Below are positions 18,501-37,273 of a DNA stretch of 64,000 bases, piece after piece; positions within the stretch are counted from its first letter, which is position 1, and every line of letters starts with the position of its first letter. The notes below the pieces were generated by a model. The model did no database searches. It was not told where the DNA came from and saw nothing but the letters and a program-made list of their open reading frames with translations. Made by a program: the position numbers and the translations under genes. The stretch spans positions 192,001 to 256,000 of the forward strand of contig CAWELD010000003.1 in NCBI GenBank assembly GCA_963809895.1, given 5' to 3'. The DNA comes from an uncultured Gemmatimonadales bacterium. Lineage in GTDB: Bacteria; Gemmatimonadota; Gemmatimonadetes; Longimicrobiales; Gaopeijiaceae.

Positions 18501-19405
18501 ACCCAGGGGAGCATGACGTGGAGCTATTCGGCACGACGTTCCAGAATCCCGTGCTCCTGGCCGCCGGGACCTGCGGCTTCGGACGCGAGGTGGCGTCGGT
18601 CATCGACCTCGAGGCCCTCGGCGGGCTGGTCACCAAGTCCGTGACGCTGGAGCCGCGCTGGGGGAATCCTGCGCCTCGGGTCGCCGAGTTCGGCGCAGGA
18701 ATGCTCAACTCCATCGGACTGGCCAATCCCGGCGTCGACGCGGTCCGCAAGAGCAAGCTTCCGTGGTTGGCGTCGTCGTTGACCCGCGCCCGCGTCTTCG
18801 TGAGCCTGGCCGGCCACACGCCCGACGAGTATCCGGAGCTCGTGTCGAAGCTGGACGACGCCCAGGGCTTCGTGGGCTTCGAGCTCAACCTCTCCTGTCC
18901 CAACGATACGCGCCGCGGGGGTCTGCCGTTCGCCCTCGATCACGAGGCTCTGGCCGCCGTGATCGCGGCCTGCCGGGCCCGTACCGAACGACCTCTGCTG
19001 GCGAAGCTGGCGCCCAACGACCCGGACCTTCCGGCCGCGGCCCGCGCCGCCGAAGACGCTGGCGCCGACGGCCTCACGCTGGTGAACACCCTTCCGGGCC
19101 GCATCCTCGATCCCGACACCGGACGCCCCGCGCTCGGCGCGGGGCAGGGTGGGGTCAGCGGGCCGGCGCTGCGCCCCGTGGGCGTGCAGGCCGTGGCCGC
19201 CGTGCGCGTGGCATGCCAGTTGCCCCTGATCGGGGTGGGTGGCATCGGCCGTGCAGACCATGCTCGGGAGTACCTGCGGGCGGGAGCTTCCCTGGTGCAG
19301 ATGGGTACAGCCGTAATGGCCAATCCTCGCGCGCCGGAGCGCGTCGCGGCGCGTCTCGCCGTGCGAGAACCGACCTGGACCAAGGAGGCGAAGTGGCCGA
19401 AGTGA
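18497..19405 (+). CDS. pyrD: Dihydroorotate dehydrogenase, class 1 catalytic subunit
   Basis: NPVLLAAGT, TKSVT, NSIGLANPG, ELNLSCPN and GGVSGP. Confidence 0.92.
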   Translation: MNPGEHDVELFGTTFQNPVLLAAGTCGFGREVASVIDLEALGGLVTKSVTLEPRWGNPAPRVAEFGAGMLNSIGLANPGVDAVRKSKLPWLASSLTRARVFVSLAGHTPDEYPELVSKLDDAQGFVGFELNLSCPNDTRRGGLPFALDHEALAAVIAACRARTERPLLAKLAPNDPDLPAAARAAEDAGADGLTLVNTLPGRILDPDTGRPALGAGQGGVSGPALRPVGVQAVAAVRVACQLPLIGVGGIGRADHAREYLRAGASLVQMGTAVMANPRAPERVAARLAVREPTWTKEAKWPK

Positions 19406-20088
19406 TCGTGGCCCTGGATGTGTCGTCGCAGGACGAAGCGCTCGACCTCGTCGACCGCCTCGGCGACGCCGGGCGCTTCTACAAGGTCGGCCTGGAGCTC
19501 TTCTGCCGTGAGGGCCCGCCCGTCCTGAGGGCACTGCGCGAGCGAGACAAGCAGGTGTTCCTGGACCTCAAGCTCCTGGACATCCCCAACACCGTGGCGG
19601 GGGCCGTCCGCGCCGCCGTCGACCACGAGGTCGACCTCCTGACCGTGCACACCACCGGGGGCACGGAGATGATGGAAGCGGCGGTGGAAGCCGCGGCCGG
19701 TGAGGTGCGGCTCCTGGGTGTCACGCTACTGACGTCGCTGGGCCCCAACCAGGTGGAGAGCATCTGGGGTCGTGAGCTCCTCTCCCTGCGCGACGAGGTC
19801 GTGCGCCTCGCCGAGCTGGCCGTGGACGCGGGCATCCAGGGACTGGTGTCGTCCGCGCTGGAGGTCGAGACCCTCCGGCGTCGTCTGGGAGACGAGCCCT
19901 ACCTGGTGACCCCGGGGATCCGGCTGGCCGGCGGTGCCACCCACGACCAGACGCGCGTGGCGACGCCGGCGGCGGCGGTGGAGGCCGGAGCGGATGCGCT
20001 GGTCGTGGGCCGGGCCGTGACCCGCGCCCCCGATCCGGAGGCCGCCCTTGCGGAGATTCTCAGAGCGTGCGCCGGGGTGCCTTCGTGA
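19393..20088 (+). CDS. pyrF: Orotidine-5'-phosphate decarboxylase
   Basis: IVALD, KVGLEL, DLKLLDIPNTV and VTPGIR; AGGAGG SD upstream of GTG. Confidence 0.94.
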   Translation: MAEVIVALDVSSQDEALDLVDRLGDAGRFYKVGLELFCREGPPVLRALRERDKQVFLDLKLLDIPNTVAGAVRAAVDHEVDLLTVHTTGGTEMMEAAVEAAAGEVRLLGVTLLTSLGPNQVESIWGRELLSLRDEVVRLAELAVDAGIQGLVSSALEVETLRRRLGDEPYLVTPGIRLAGGATHDQTRVATPAAAVEAGADALVVGRAVTRAPDPEAALAEILRACAGVPS

Positions 20089-20534
20089 GAGCCATGCCCT
20101 GGAGGCCGGCGCCCTGGGCGCTCGCCTGTGTCCTGGCGGTGCTGGCCCTTCCGGCTGGCGCCGCCGCCCAGGGTGACGCCGCCTCTCTCGCCAGGACCGT
20201 GGCGCAGGCGTGGGCCCGCAGAGACGTGGGCACCATCGGATCACTCATGCAGCCCTCCGGCCTGCGCGTGCAGCTCGACGGCGAAGGGCACACCGGTGTG
20301 AGCCCCCGTCAGGCACGTGCCTCACTGGCCTCCTTCCTGGACCGCCACGAGGTCGGTGAGGTTCGCGTGCGCCGGACCGAAGTGCTCGGCGGCGTGCCCG
20401 CCAAGGGCTTCGCGGAGCTCGATTGGGTCGTTCAACCCAGAGGAGCCCGTGAGTCGGTCGCCTACGTTATCTTCCTCGGCCTCGAGCGCTCGGACGACCA
20501 ATGGCGGATCGACGAGATCCGCATCGTCCGATAG
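20085..20534 (+). CDS. Secreted hypothetical protein (NTF2/DUF4783-like)
   Basis: Signal peptide ending AAA-Q; alpha/beta pattern ending WRIDEIRIV. Confidence 0.6.
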   Translation: MRAMPWRPAPWALACVLAVLALPAGAAAQGDAASLARTVAQAWARRDVGTIGSLMQPSGLRVQLDGEGHTGVSPRQARASLASFLDRHEVGEVRVRRTEVLGGVPAKGFAELDWVVQPRGARESVAYVIFLGLERSDDQWRIDEIRIVR

Positions 20535-20588
20535 CGTGACACCGCCGGGCTCGCGCGAGCCCACGCCGTCCACCGATCCCCTGGACCC

Positions 20589-22037
20589 ATGCCGCTGAAG
20601 CTCTACAACTCGTTGACGCGATCCCTGGACGTCTTCGAGCCCGCGGATCCGCCCACGGTGCGCGTCTACGGATGCGGACCCACCATCTACGGTGCCGCGC
20701 ACATCGGTAACTTCAGGACCTTCATGGTCTACGACCTCCTGCACCGGTACCTGCGTTGGAAGGGATGGGAGCCGCGCTTCGTGGTGAACTTCACCGACGT
20801 GGACGACAAGACCATCGAGGGTGCCGAACGGGAGGGGAAGCAGCTCGGCGAGTACACCGAGCCCTTCGGCGAGGCGTTCCTGGCGGATGCCGCGACGCTC
20901 GGGATCCAGACCTTCGACGTCATGCCCCGTGCCACCGAGCACGTGGACGACATGATCGCGTGGATCGAGCGGCTGGAGGCCAGGGGTCTGGCCTACCGGG
21001 CCGACGACGGGTCCGTGTATTTCCGCATCTCCGCCTTCGACGGCTACGGGCGCCTGTCCGGCAATCGTCCCGGCGACGACACGTCGCACTCGCGCATCGA
21101 CGCCGACGAGTACGACAAGGACGACGTACGGGACTTCGTGCTCTGGAAGGCGGCGAAACCCCAGGACAGGACCGTGGGCGCGGCCTGGCCGTCTCCCTGG
21201 GGCGAGGGCCGTCCCGGGTGGCACCTGGAGTGCTCCGTCCTGAGCATCGGAGCGCTGGGTGAGACGCTGGACATCCACCTGGGGGGCGAGGATCTCCTCT
21301 TCCCCCACCACGAGAACGAGATCGCCCAGTCCGAGGGCGCGACCGGTCACACCTTCGCGCGCTTCTGGATCCACACGAAGCACCTGCGGGTCGAGGGCCA
21401 GAAGATGTCCAAGTCGCTGGGGAACACCTACACGGTGCCGCAGCTCGTGGACATGGGCCACGCTCCCGCGGCGGTGCGGCACCTCCTCATCTCGGCGCAG
21501 TACCGCAAGGAGCTCAACTTCACCTTCGATGGGCTGGAGGGGTCCGCCCGGGCCGTGCAGCGGCTGGTCGCCCTCCACCGCCGGCTGGACCGTGAGACCG
21601 AGGCACGCGCCGACGCCGGCGAGGCCGGGATCGGCCAGGCGGCCTCGCGCGCCCTGACGTCGTTCGAGGCGGCGTTGGACGACGACCTGAACTCGTCGGA
21701 AGCCCTGGCCGCCCTCTTCACCTTCCTGCGGGACGTGAACAGCGCCCTGGACACCAGCGGAGGCGTGGCGCGGCCCGAGGAGTTGGCCGAGGCGCGGGAG
21801 GCCCTGGCGTCCATGGACCGCGTGTTCGGACTGCTGGAAGCCGCGCTCCGGGCGCGGTACGTCGACGACGACCTGGCCCGGTGGGTGGAAGAGCGGATCG
21901 CGCAGCGCGAAGAGGCCCGGCGCGAGAAGGATTGGGCCCGTGCCGACGCCCTGCGCGACGAACTGACCGCCCGCGGGGTCGTGCTGGAGGACACGCCTCA
22001 GGGCACACGTTGGTCGCTGGAGGGATCGGCGACCTGA
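20589..22037 (+). CDS. cysS: Cysteine--tRNA ligase
   Basis: CGPT, HIGN, GRPGWHLEC, FPHHENE and KMSKS. Confidence 0.97.
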   Translation: MPLKLYNSLTRSLDVFEPADPPTVRVYGCGPTIYGAAHIGNFRTFMVYDLLHRYLRWKGWEPRFVVNFTDVDDKTIEGAEREGKQLGEYTEPFGEAFLADAATLGIQTFDVMPRATEHVDDMIAWIERLEARGLAYRADDGSVYFRISAFDGYGRLSGNRPGDDTSHSRIDADEYDKDDVRDFVLWKAAKPQDRTVGAAWPSPWGEGRPGWHLECSVLSIGALGETLDIHLGGEDLLFPHHENEIAQSEGATGHTFARFWIHTKHLRVEGQKMSKSLGNTYTVPQLVDMGHAPAAVRHLLISAQYRKELNFTFDGLEGSARAVQRLVALHRRLDRETEARADAGEAGIGQAASRALTSFEAALDDDLNSSEALAALFTFLRDVNSALDTSGGVARPEELAEAREALASMDRVFGLLEAALRARYVDDDLARWVEERIAQREEARREKDWARADALRDELTARGVVLEDTPQGTRWSLEGSAT

Positions 22038-22162
22038 GGCTGACGGGCCGATTTTCCTGGCGCTGCCGGTCAGGTCGGTACATCGTAGGCCCGGCCCCCC
22101 TCGGGCCCGGGCCGGTGAACGACCGCCCCGATCTGCTCCAGGCTCGATTCGAGGAGGTTCCG

Positions 22163-22690
22163 ATGAACGAGCTCCCCAGGAAGATCCTCCCACTGCTCCT
22201 CGTGCCCCTCGCCGTCCTCGGCTGCCAGCCCGCGGGCCAGGCCGGAGGGGGCATGGACGACATGGCCCAGCAGCCCGCCATGAGCGCCGCGGAGGTGCGC
22301 GGCGCGGTGGATCAGGTGCGTGCCGCGTGGGTGGAGGCCGCGCAGGCCGGCGATGCGGCGGCCGTGTCGGCGCTCTACACCGACGACGCGGTCATGGTGG
22401 GTGCCGATGGCAACGAGGCCAGAGGGCGCGCGGCCATCCAGGATGCCCTGGCGGCGCAGTTCGGCATGCTGTCGGACCTGAGCATCCAGGTGGCCGACTT
22501 CGGGACCGAGGACGGCGTGGCCTACGAGACGGGCACCTTCAGCCAGACGATGACGCCCGCAGGGGGCGAGGCCGCCAGCATGTCCGGCCGATACATGGTG
22601 GTCCTGCTCCACCAGGACGACGGGTCCTGGAAGATCCGGCAACACCTGACCATGGTGCCGGAGGAGCCGGACATGGGTGACGGCATGTGA
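22163..22690 (+). CDS. NTF2-like (DUF4440/YybH) lipoprotein
   Basis: GAGGAGG SD; lipobox VLGC; AGDAAAVSALYTDDAV and DGSWKI. Confidence 0.8.
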   Translation: MNELPRKILPLLLVPLAVLGCQPAGQAGGGMDDMAQQPAMSAAEVRGAVDQVRAAWVEAAQAGDAAAVSALYTDDAVMVGADGNEARGRAAIQDALAAQFGMLSDLSIQVADFGTEDGVAYETGTFSQTMTPAGGEAASMSGRYMVVLLHQDDGSWKIRQHLTMVPEEPDMGDGM

Positions 22691-22737
22691 CGCTTCTGGG
22701 CGGGGGTCGGTGCGGACCGGCTCCCGCCGCTGCCGCG

Positions 22738-22766
22738 TTCACCTTCGCCGCGGCGCGCGCTACATT
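22738..22766 (+). promoter_or_regulatory. Putative sigma70 promoter for tRNA-Thr
   Basis: TTCACC-N17-TACATT, 10 nt upstream of the tRNA. Confidence 0.5.
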
Positions 22767-22776
22767 TCGCCGGTTC

Positions 22777-22849
22777 GCTGGCGTAGCTCAACTGGTAGAG
22801 CAGCTGCCTTGTAAGCAGCAGGTTGCAGGTTCGAGTCCTGTCGCCAGCT
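22777..22849 (+). tRNA. tRNA-Thr(TGT)
   Basis: Cloverleaf; acceptor stem GCTGGCG/CGCCAGC, anticodon loop CTTGTAA, T-loop TTCGAGT. Confidence 0.97.
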
Positions 22850-22903
22850 CTGGCAGCCCGTGGTAGTAACCTGGCGCCCGGGCTGTCAGGGGCAATTGTC
22901 CCC

Positions 22904-22932
22904 TTGATGCCCTCGCGCGACCCGTTTACCTT
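22904..22932 (+). promoter_or_regulatory. Putative sigma70 promoter for the tRNA-Tyr/Gly/Thr-tuf unit
   Basis: TTGATG-N17-TACCTT. Confidence 0.55.
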
Positions 22933-23037
22933 TCAAAGCTCATTTTGAGAAGCCACCTCCGAGCCGCGGGTGGCTCTTTCCTTGCCCGAACCGGGGGGAA
23001 GGGGAGAGGGCCACGCGCCCGCATGCCGGCTCGATGC

Positions 23038-23120
23038 GGTGGGGTACCGAAGCGGTCAAACGGGGCAGACTGTAAATCTGCTGGCTCATGCCTTCGAAGG
23101 TTCGAATCCTTCCCCCACCA
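23038..23120 (+). tRNA. tRNA-Tyr(GTA)
   Basis: Acceptor stem GGTGGGG/CCCCACC, anticodon loop CTGTAAA, long variable arm. Confidence 0.97.
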
Positions 23121-23162
23121 CTGGACCGGTGGACGGCTCGGGCCGAAAGCCGTGAGCGATAC

Positions 23163-23236
23163 GCGGGAGTAGCTCAGTTGGCTAGAGCATCAGCCTTCCA
23201 AGCTGAGGGTCGCGGGTTCGAGTCCCGTCTCCCGCT
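23163..23236 (+). tRNA. tRNA-Gly(TCC)
   Basis: Acceptor stem GCGGGAG/CTCCCGC, anticodon loop CTTCCAA. Confidence 0.97.
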
Positions 23237-23268
23237 CTCCGGCCAGGACGACATACGCCGGGATCGCC

Positions 23269-23340
23269 GCTCCGATAGCTCAGTGGTAGAGCGCTTCCTT
23301 GGTAAGGAAGAGGTCCCGGGTTCAAGTCCCGGTCGGAGCT
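23269..23340 (+). tRNA. tRNA-Thr(GGT)
   Basis: Acceptor stem GCTCCGA/TCGGAGC, anticodon loop TTGGTAA. Confidence 0.97.
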
Positions 23341-23417
23341 TCCCTCCGGGGAAGTGAAGAAGTCGAACGAGTCAACCTACAGCTCCAACCCGCGTAGCGG
23401 AGCCGAACGACAACCGT

Positions 23418-24625
<1,208 letters not shown>

Positions 24626-24632
24626 GATCCTC

Positions 24633-24782
24633 ATGCGGGACAAGATCACGCTCGCGTGCACCGAGTGCGAGGAGCGGAATTACTCCACGACCAAGAACAA
24701 GCGTCTCCATCCCGAGCGGGTGGAGCGCAAGAAGTACTGTCCCCGGTGCCGGACGCACAGGCCGCACAAGGAGACGAAGTAG
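24633..24782 (+). CDS. rpmG: 50S ribosomal protein L33 (Zn-ribbon form); not in the ORF track
   Basis: [49 protein letters not shown]. Confidence 0.96.
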   Translation: MRDKITLACTECEERNYSTTKNKRLHPERVERKKYCPRCRTHRPHKETK

Positions 24783-24785
24783 ACC

Positions 24786-24998
24786 ATGGGCGTCGTCGAC
24801 AAGGTCGGAGAGACGCGGGACTTCATCGAGGAATCCTACGATGAACTCCGCAAGGTCACCTGGCCGGACTACGAGCAGCTCAAGAACGCCACGCTCGTCG
24901 TGATCGTCTTCTGCGTGCTGATCTCAGCCATGATCTGGCTGATGGACCTCACGGTGCGGACCATCATCAACATGATCATGGGGATCTCCGGGGCCTGA
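24786..24998 (+). CDS. secE: Preprotein translocase SecE
   Basis: ELRKVTWP followed by one TM helix; lies upstream of nusG. Confidence 0.95.
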   Translation: MGVVDKVGETRDFIEESYDELRKVTWPDYEQLKNATLVVIVFCVLISAMIWLMDLTVRTIINMIMGISGA

Positions 24999-25549
24999 TG
25001 TCCGAAGCGAAGCGGTGGTACGCGATCCAGACCTATTCCGGGCACGAGAACAAGGTCCAGAAGCTCATCCAGAGAAAGATCGAGGATGAGGCTGGCGACG
25101 AGCTCGAGGACAAGGAGATCTCCGAGGTGCTGGTCCCCACGCAGGACGTCGTGGAGATCCGCAACGGCAAGAGGGTCACGGTCACCAAGCGGCTGTATCC
25201 GGGCTACGTGCTCGTCCACATGCTCCTGAACGAGCGGACCATGCACGTGGTCAACAACATCCAGGGTGTGATCAAGTTCGTGGGCAGCGGCAAGTCGCCG
25301 CAGCCCCTCCGCGAGGAGGAGATCAACAAGATCCTGGGTGTGGAGGTGCCGGGCGAGGAAGAGGAGTCCCAGGAGGACATCCCCTTCCACGTGGGCCAGG
25401 CGGTCGAGGTCACGCAGGGTCCCTTCACGGACTTCTCGGGCACGGTGCAGGAGGTCTACGCCGACAAGGGCAAGGTGAAGGTGGAGGTCTCGCTCTTCGG
25501 TCGGCCCACGTCGGTGGAGTTGGACTACACACAGTTGAAGGGCTACTGA
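24998..25549 (+). CDS. nusG: Transcription termination/antitermination factor NusG
   Basis: WYAIQTYSGHE, YPGYVLV, KOW motif GPF and FGRPT.VEL. Confidence 0.97.
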   Translation: MSEAKRWYAIQTYSGHENKVQKLIQRKIEDEAGDELEDKEISEVLVPTQDVVEIRNGKRVTVTKRLYPGYVLVHMLLNERTMHVVNNIQGVIKFVGSGKSPQPLREEEINKILGVEVPGEEEESQEDIPFHVGQAVEVTQGPFTDFSGTVQEVYADKGKVKVEVSLFGRPTSVELDYTQLKGY

Positions 25550-25603
25550 CCGGCACCGAGCGCGCGGCGCTCCGTCCGGACATTTTCTCGAGGCAGGCGA
25601 GTC

Positions 25604-26029
25604 ATGGCGAAGAAGGTCGTGGGCTTCATCAAGCTCCATGTGCCCGGTGGTCAAGCGAATCCGGCGCCCCCCGTGGGCCCCGCGCTGGGCCAGCACGGCG
25701 TCAACATCATGGAGTTCTGCAAGCAGTTCAATTCGCGCACGCAGGACAAGCAGGGGCTGACGATCCCGGTGGAGATCACCGTCTACGCCGATCGCTCCTT
25801 CACCTTCATCACCAAGACACCGCCGGCGGCGGTGCTCCTGCTGAAGGCCCTGAACATCCCCAAGGGATCCGGGGTCCCGAACCGGGAAAAGGTGGCGAAG
25901 GTGTCGAGCGCCAAGCTCCGTGAGATCGCCCAGGAGAAGATGCCGGATCTGAACACCACCGACATCGAGTCCGCCATGAGGCAGATCGCCGGAACGGCGC
26001 GCTCCATGGGCATCGAGGTGGAAGGGTAG
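25604..26029 (+). CDS. rplK: 50S ribosomal protein L11
   Basis: [26 protein letters not shown]. Confidence 0.98.
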   Translation: MAKKVVGFIKLHVPGGQANPAPPVGPALGQHGVNIMEFCKQFNSRTQDKQGLTIPVEITVYADRSFTFITKTPPAAVLLLKALNIPKGSGVPNREKVAKVSSAKLREIAQEKMPDLNTTDIESAMRQIAGTARSMGIEVEG

Positions 26030-26188
26030 GCGAGGAACCCGAAACGCAGGCGGAGCGGATCGCCCGCTCGCCTTCATACGGCCACGAAGTCGGCGGCGCC
26101 CAGGCGCCGCCCCTCGTCGGCCGATCCGAGAACCACCGCTGAGAGCCGCCAGCGGTGGGAGGATGATACGAGACGGCTCGAGATTGAC

Positions 26189-26887
26189 ATGCCGAAGCAC
26201 GGGAAGCAGTACCGCCAGGCCCGGGAGTCCGTCCCGGCCGGGGTCAGCTTCGCTCCTTCTGAGGCTCTGCAACTGGTCAAGGACCTGGCGTTCGCCAAGT
26301 TCGACGAGTCCGTGGAGGTCGCCACGCGCCTTAGCGTCGACCCCCGGAAGGCGGACCAGATCGTGCGTGGCACCGTGGTCCTCCCGCACGGGACGGGCAA
26401 GACGGTGCGCGTGCTGGTCGCCGCGCAGGGCGAGAAGGAGCGAGAGGCCGAAGAGGCGGGCGCGGACTACGTCGGGCTCGAATACGTCGAGAAGATCCAG
26501 CAGGGCTGGCTCGACTTCGACGTCATGGTGGCCACTCCGGACGTCATGGGAAAGGTGGGACCGCTGGGCCGGATCCTCGGCCCGCGCGGGCTCATGCCGA
26601 CGCCCAAGGCCGGCACGGTCACCTTCGACGTGGGCAAGGCCGTCCGCGACATCAAGGCCGGTAAGATCGAGTTCCGGGTAGACAAGACCGGGAACGTGCA
26701 CGCGCCCATCGGGCGGGTGTCCTTCGACACCGATGCGCTTTCGGAGAATCTGGGTGCGTTCATGGACCAGATCGTCCGCGCCAGGCCGGCGGCGGCCAAG
26801 GGCGCCTACGTGCGCAGCGTCACGGTGTCCAGCACCATGGGGCCCGGCGTGAGCATCGACGCGAACCTCTATCGCCGGAGCTTGTGA
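26189..26887 (+). CDS. rplA: 50S ribosomal protein L1
   Basis: [22 protein letters not shown] and STMGPG. Confidence 0.98.
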   Translation: MPKHGKQYRQARESVPAGVSFAPSEALQLVKDLAFAKFDESVEVATRLSVDPRKADQIVRGTVVLPHGTGKTVRVLVAAQGEKEREAEEAGADYVGLEYVEKIQQGWLDFDVMVATPDVMGKVGPLGRILGPRGLMPTPKAGTVTFDVGKAVRDIKAGKIEFRVDKTGNVHAPIGRVSFDTDALSENLGAFMDQIVRARPAAAKGAYVRSVTVSSTMGPGVSIDANLYRRSL

Positions 26888-27417
26888 TGAAGCGCAGTGC
26901 CAAGGAGGGCTTCGTCGAGGAGCTCCGCGAGCGCCTGGAGCGGGCTCCGGTGCTCTATCTCACCGACTTCACCGGCCTGAACGTGAAGTCGATGACCATC
27001 CTGCGGCAGAAGCTCAAGGAAAGCGGGGCCGAGTATCTGGTGGGCAAGAACCGCCTGATGCTCAGGGCCTTTCAGGAGACCGAGCTCCCGGATCTCGCCG
27101 AGGCTCTGACGGGACCCACCGGTATCGTCTTCGGTTACGAGGACGCGGTGGGGCCCGCCAAGGCGCTCTCCGAGTTCGCCAAGGAGCACGGCGATCGCCC
27201 GGTGTTCAAGCTGGGTGTGCTCGAGAACGAAGTGCTCGAGCCGGCGCAGATCGACCGGTTGGCCAAGCTGCCTCCCAAGGAGCAGCTCCTGGCCGAACTG
27301 GCCGGCGCCATGCAGGCGCCTCTGGCCGCCCTCGCGGGTGCGTTGGAGGCCAAGCTCCAGGAGATGGCCGGCCTTCTGGATGCCTACAAGGCGAAGAAGC
27401 AGGAAGCTGGCGAGTAG
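26887..27417 (+). CDS. rplJ: 50S ribosomal protein L10
   Basis: DFTGLNV...LR, KNRL and LAKLP; ATG overlaps the rplA TGA. Confidence 0.96.
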   Translation: MKRSAKEGFVEELRERLERAPVLYLTDFTGLNVKSMTILRQKLKESGAEYLVGKNRLMLRAFQETELPDLAEALTGPTGIVFGYEDAVGPAKALSEFAKEHGDRPVFKLGVLENEVLEPAQIDRLAKLPPKEQLLAELAGAMQAPLAALAGALEAKLQEMAGLLDAYKAKKQEAGE

Positions 27418-27476
27418 CACTCGCAGATTCACCCAACGCCGGCTCGAGGCCGGGACGTAAGGAGGAATTAGGAACC

Positions 27477-27854
27477 ATGGCGACCAAGCACGAAGAGCTT
27501 CTTGACACCATCGGGAACATGACGGTGCTGGAGCTGTCCGAGTTCGTGGAGGCCTTCAAGGACAAGTTCAACGTCCAGGCGATGGCAGCCCCCGTGGCTG
27601 CCATGCCGGGCGCTGGCGCCGCCGCCGAGGCGGCCGAGGAGAAGGACGAGTTCGACGTCGTTCTCGAGGGCATCGGCGACAAGAAGATCCAGGTCATCAA
27701 GGTGGTGCGTGAGATCACCGGCCTGGGCCTGAAGGAGGCCAAGGAGGCGGTGGACAACGCCCCGACGACCCTGAAGGAGGCCGCCTCGAAGGAGGAGGCC
27801 GAGCAGATGAAGGCGAAGCTGGAGGAGCAGGGCGCCACGGTCGCTCTGAAGTAG
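27477..27854 (+). CDS. rplL: 50S ribosomal protein L7/L12
   Basis: [14 protein letters not shown] and [20 protein letters not shown]. Confidence 0.98.
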   Translation: MATKHEELLDTIGNMTVLELSEFVEAFKDKFNVQAMAAPVAAMPGAGAAAEAAEEKDEFDVVLEGIGDKKIQVIKVVREITGLGLKEAKEAVDNAPTTLKEAASKEEAEQMKAKLEEQGATVALK

Positions 27855-28094
27855 GTCCCGACCGGGCTCCGGCCCCCCGTGAGGGGCGGCCGGAGCCGGC
27901 GGTCGGACCCACCCGACAGCACGGGCCGCGGGTTCAGAGAACCCGGACGGTCCGCGTGGGTCCCCGCCGTGGGAGCCGCCCCCGAGTGGGCGGTCCGACG
28001 GGCCGGGGATTTCCGCGCTTGACGGAAGTCGCACACGACACATCCGATACGCTCGCCCATGCGGCGGACGATATCGGCTAAGGGGGGAATCCCG

Positions 28095-32324
<4,230 letters not shown>

Positions 32325-32327
32325 TTC

Positions 32328-36629
<4,302 letters not shown>

Positions 36630-36671
36630 GGGCGCGCGGCCCGCGTGCCGCGAGAGTGTGGTTTCGGGAAT

Positions 36672-36704
36672 GCGGGGGAGTGGTCCGATGGGCCGCTCTC
36701 CCGC
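36672..36704 (+). terminator. Hairpin after rpoC (possible terminator)
   Basis: GCGGGGGAGTGGTCC/GGGCCGCTCTCCCGC stem with only a weak U-tract. Confidence 0.4.
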
Positions 36705-36717
36705 GGCCGTTTCGGCG

Positions 36718-36746
36718 TTGACACCCCCCACGCTCGTCGATAAGTT
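36718..36746 (+). promoter_or_regulatory. sigma70 promoter of the str operon
   Basis: TTGACA-N17-TAAGTT. Confidence 0.75.
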
Positions 36747-36889
36747 ATCAAGCTCTGTTCGAACGGCCTCGCAGTCGCCGAGCAGAGCGCGGCTCACGCC
36801 CCGGGGCTCCCGGTGGCACGAGACGCGATCGGGGGTTCCCGAAAAGGGCCCCGACACGTCGTTCGTCCGACCAACCCGAACCTGCTGTT

Positions 36890-37261
36890 ATGCCGACCAT
36901 CAACCAGCTCGTGCGGAAGGGTCGCCAGGCGGTCCAGAAGAAGAACAAATCGCCGGCCCTTCAGAAGAACCCCCAGAAGCGGGGGGTCTGCACCCGGGTG
37001 TACACCACCACTCCGAAGAAGCCGAATTCGGCGCTCCGGAAGGTGGCCCGCGTGCGCCTCACGAACGGGTATGAGGTCACGGCCTACATTCCGGGCGAGG
37101 GACACAACCTCCAGGAGCACAGCATCGTGCTCATTCGCGGAGGTCGTGTGAAGGACCTGCCGGGCGTGCGCTATCACATCATCCGCGGAACGTTGGATGC
37201 CTCGGGTGTGAACGATCGTCGTCAGGGCCGTTCCAAGTACGGCGCGAAGCGACCCAGGTAA
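36890..37261 (+). CDS. rpsL: 30S ribosomal protein S12
   Basis: [20 protein letters not shown] and [10 protein letters not shown]. Confidence 0.99.
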   Translation: MPTINQLVRKGRQAVQKKNKSPALQKNPQKRGVCTRVYTTTPKKPNSALRKVARVRLTNGYEVTAYIPGEGHNLQEHSIVLIRGGRVKDLPGVRYHIIRGTLDASGVNDRRQGRSKYGAKRPR

Positions 37262-37273
37262 ACGGAAGCACGG

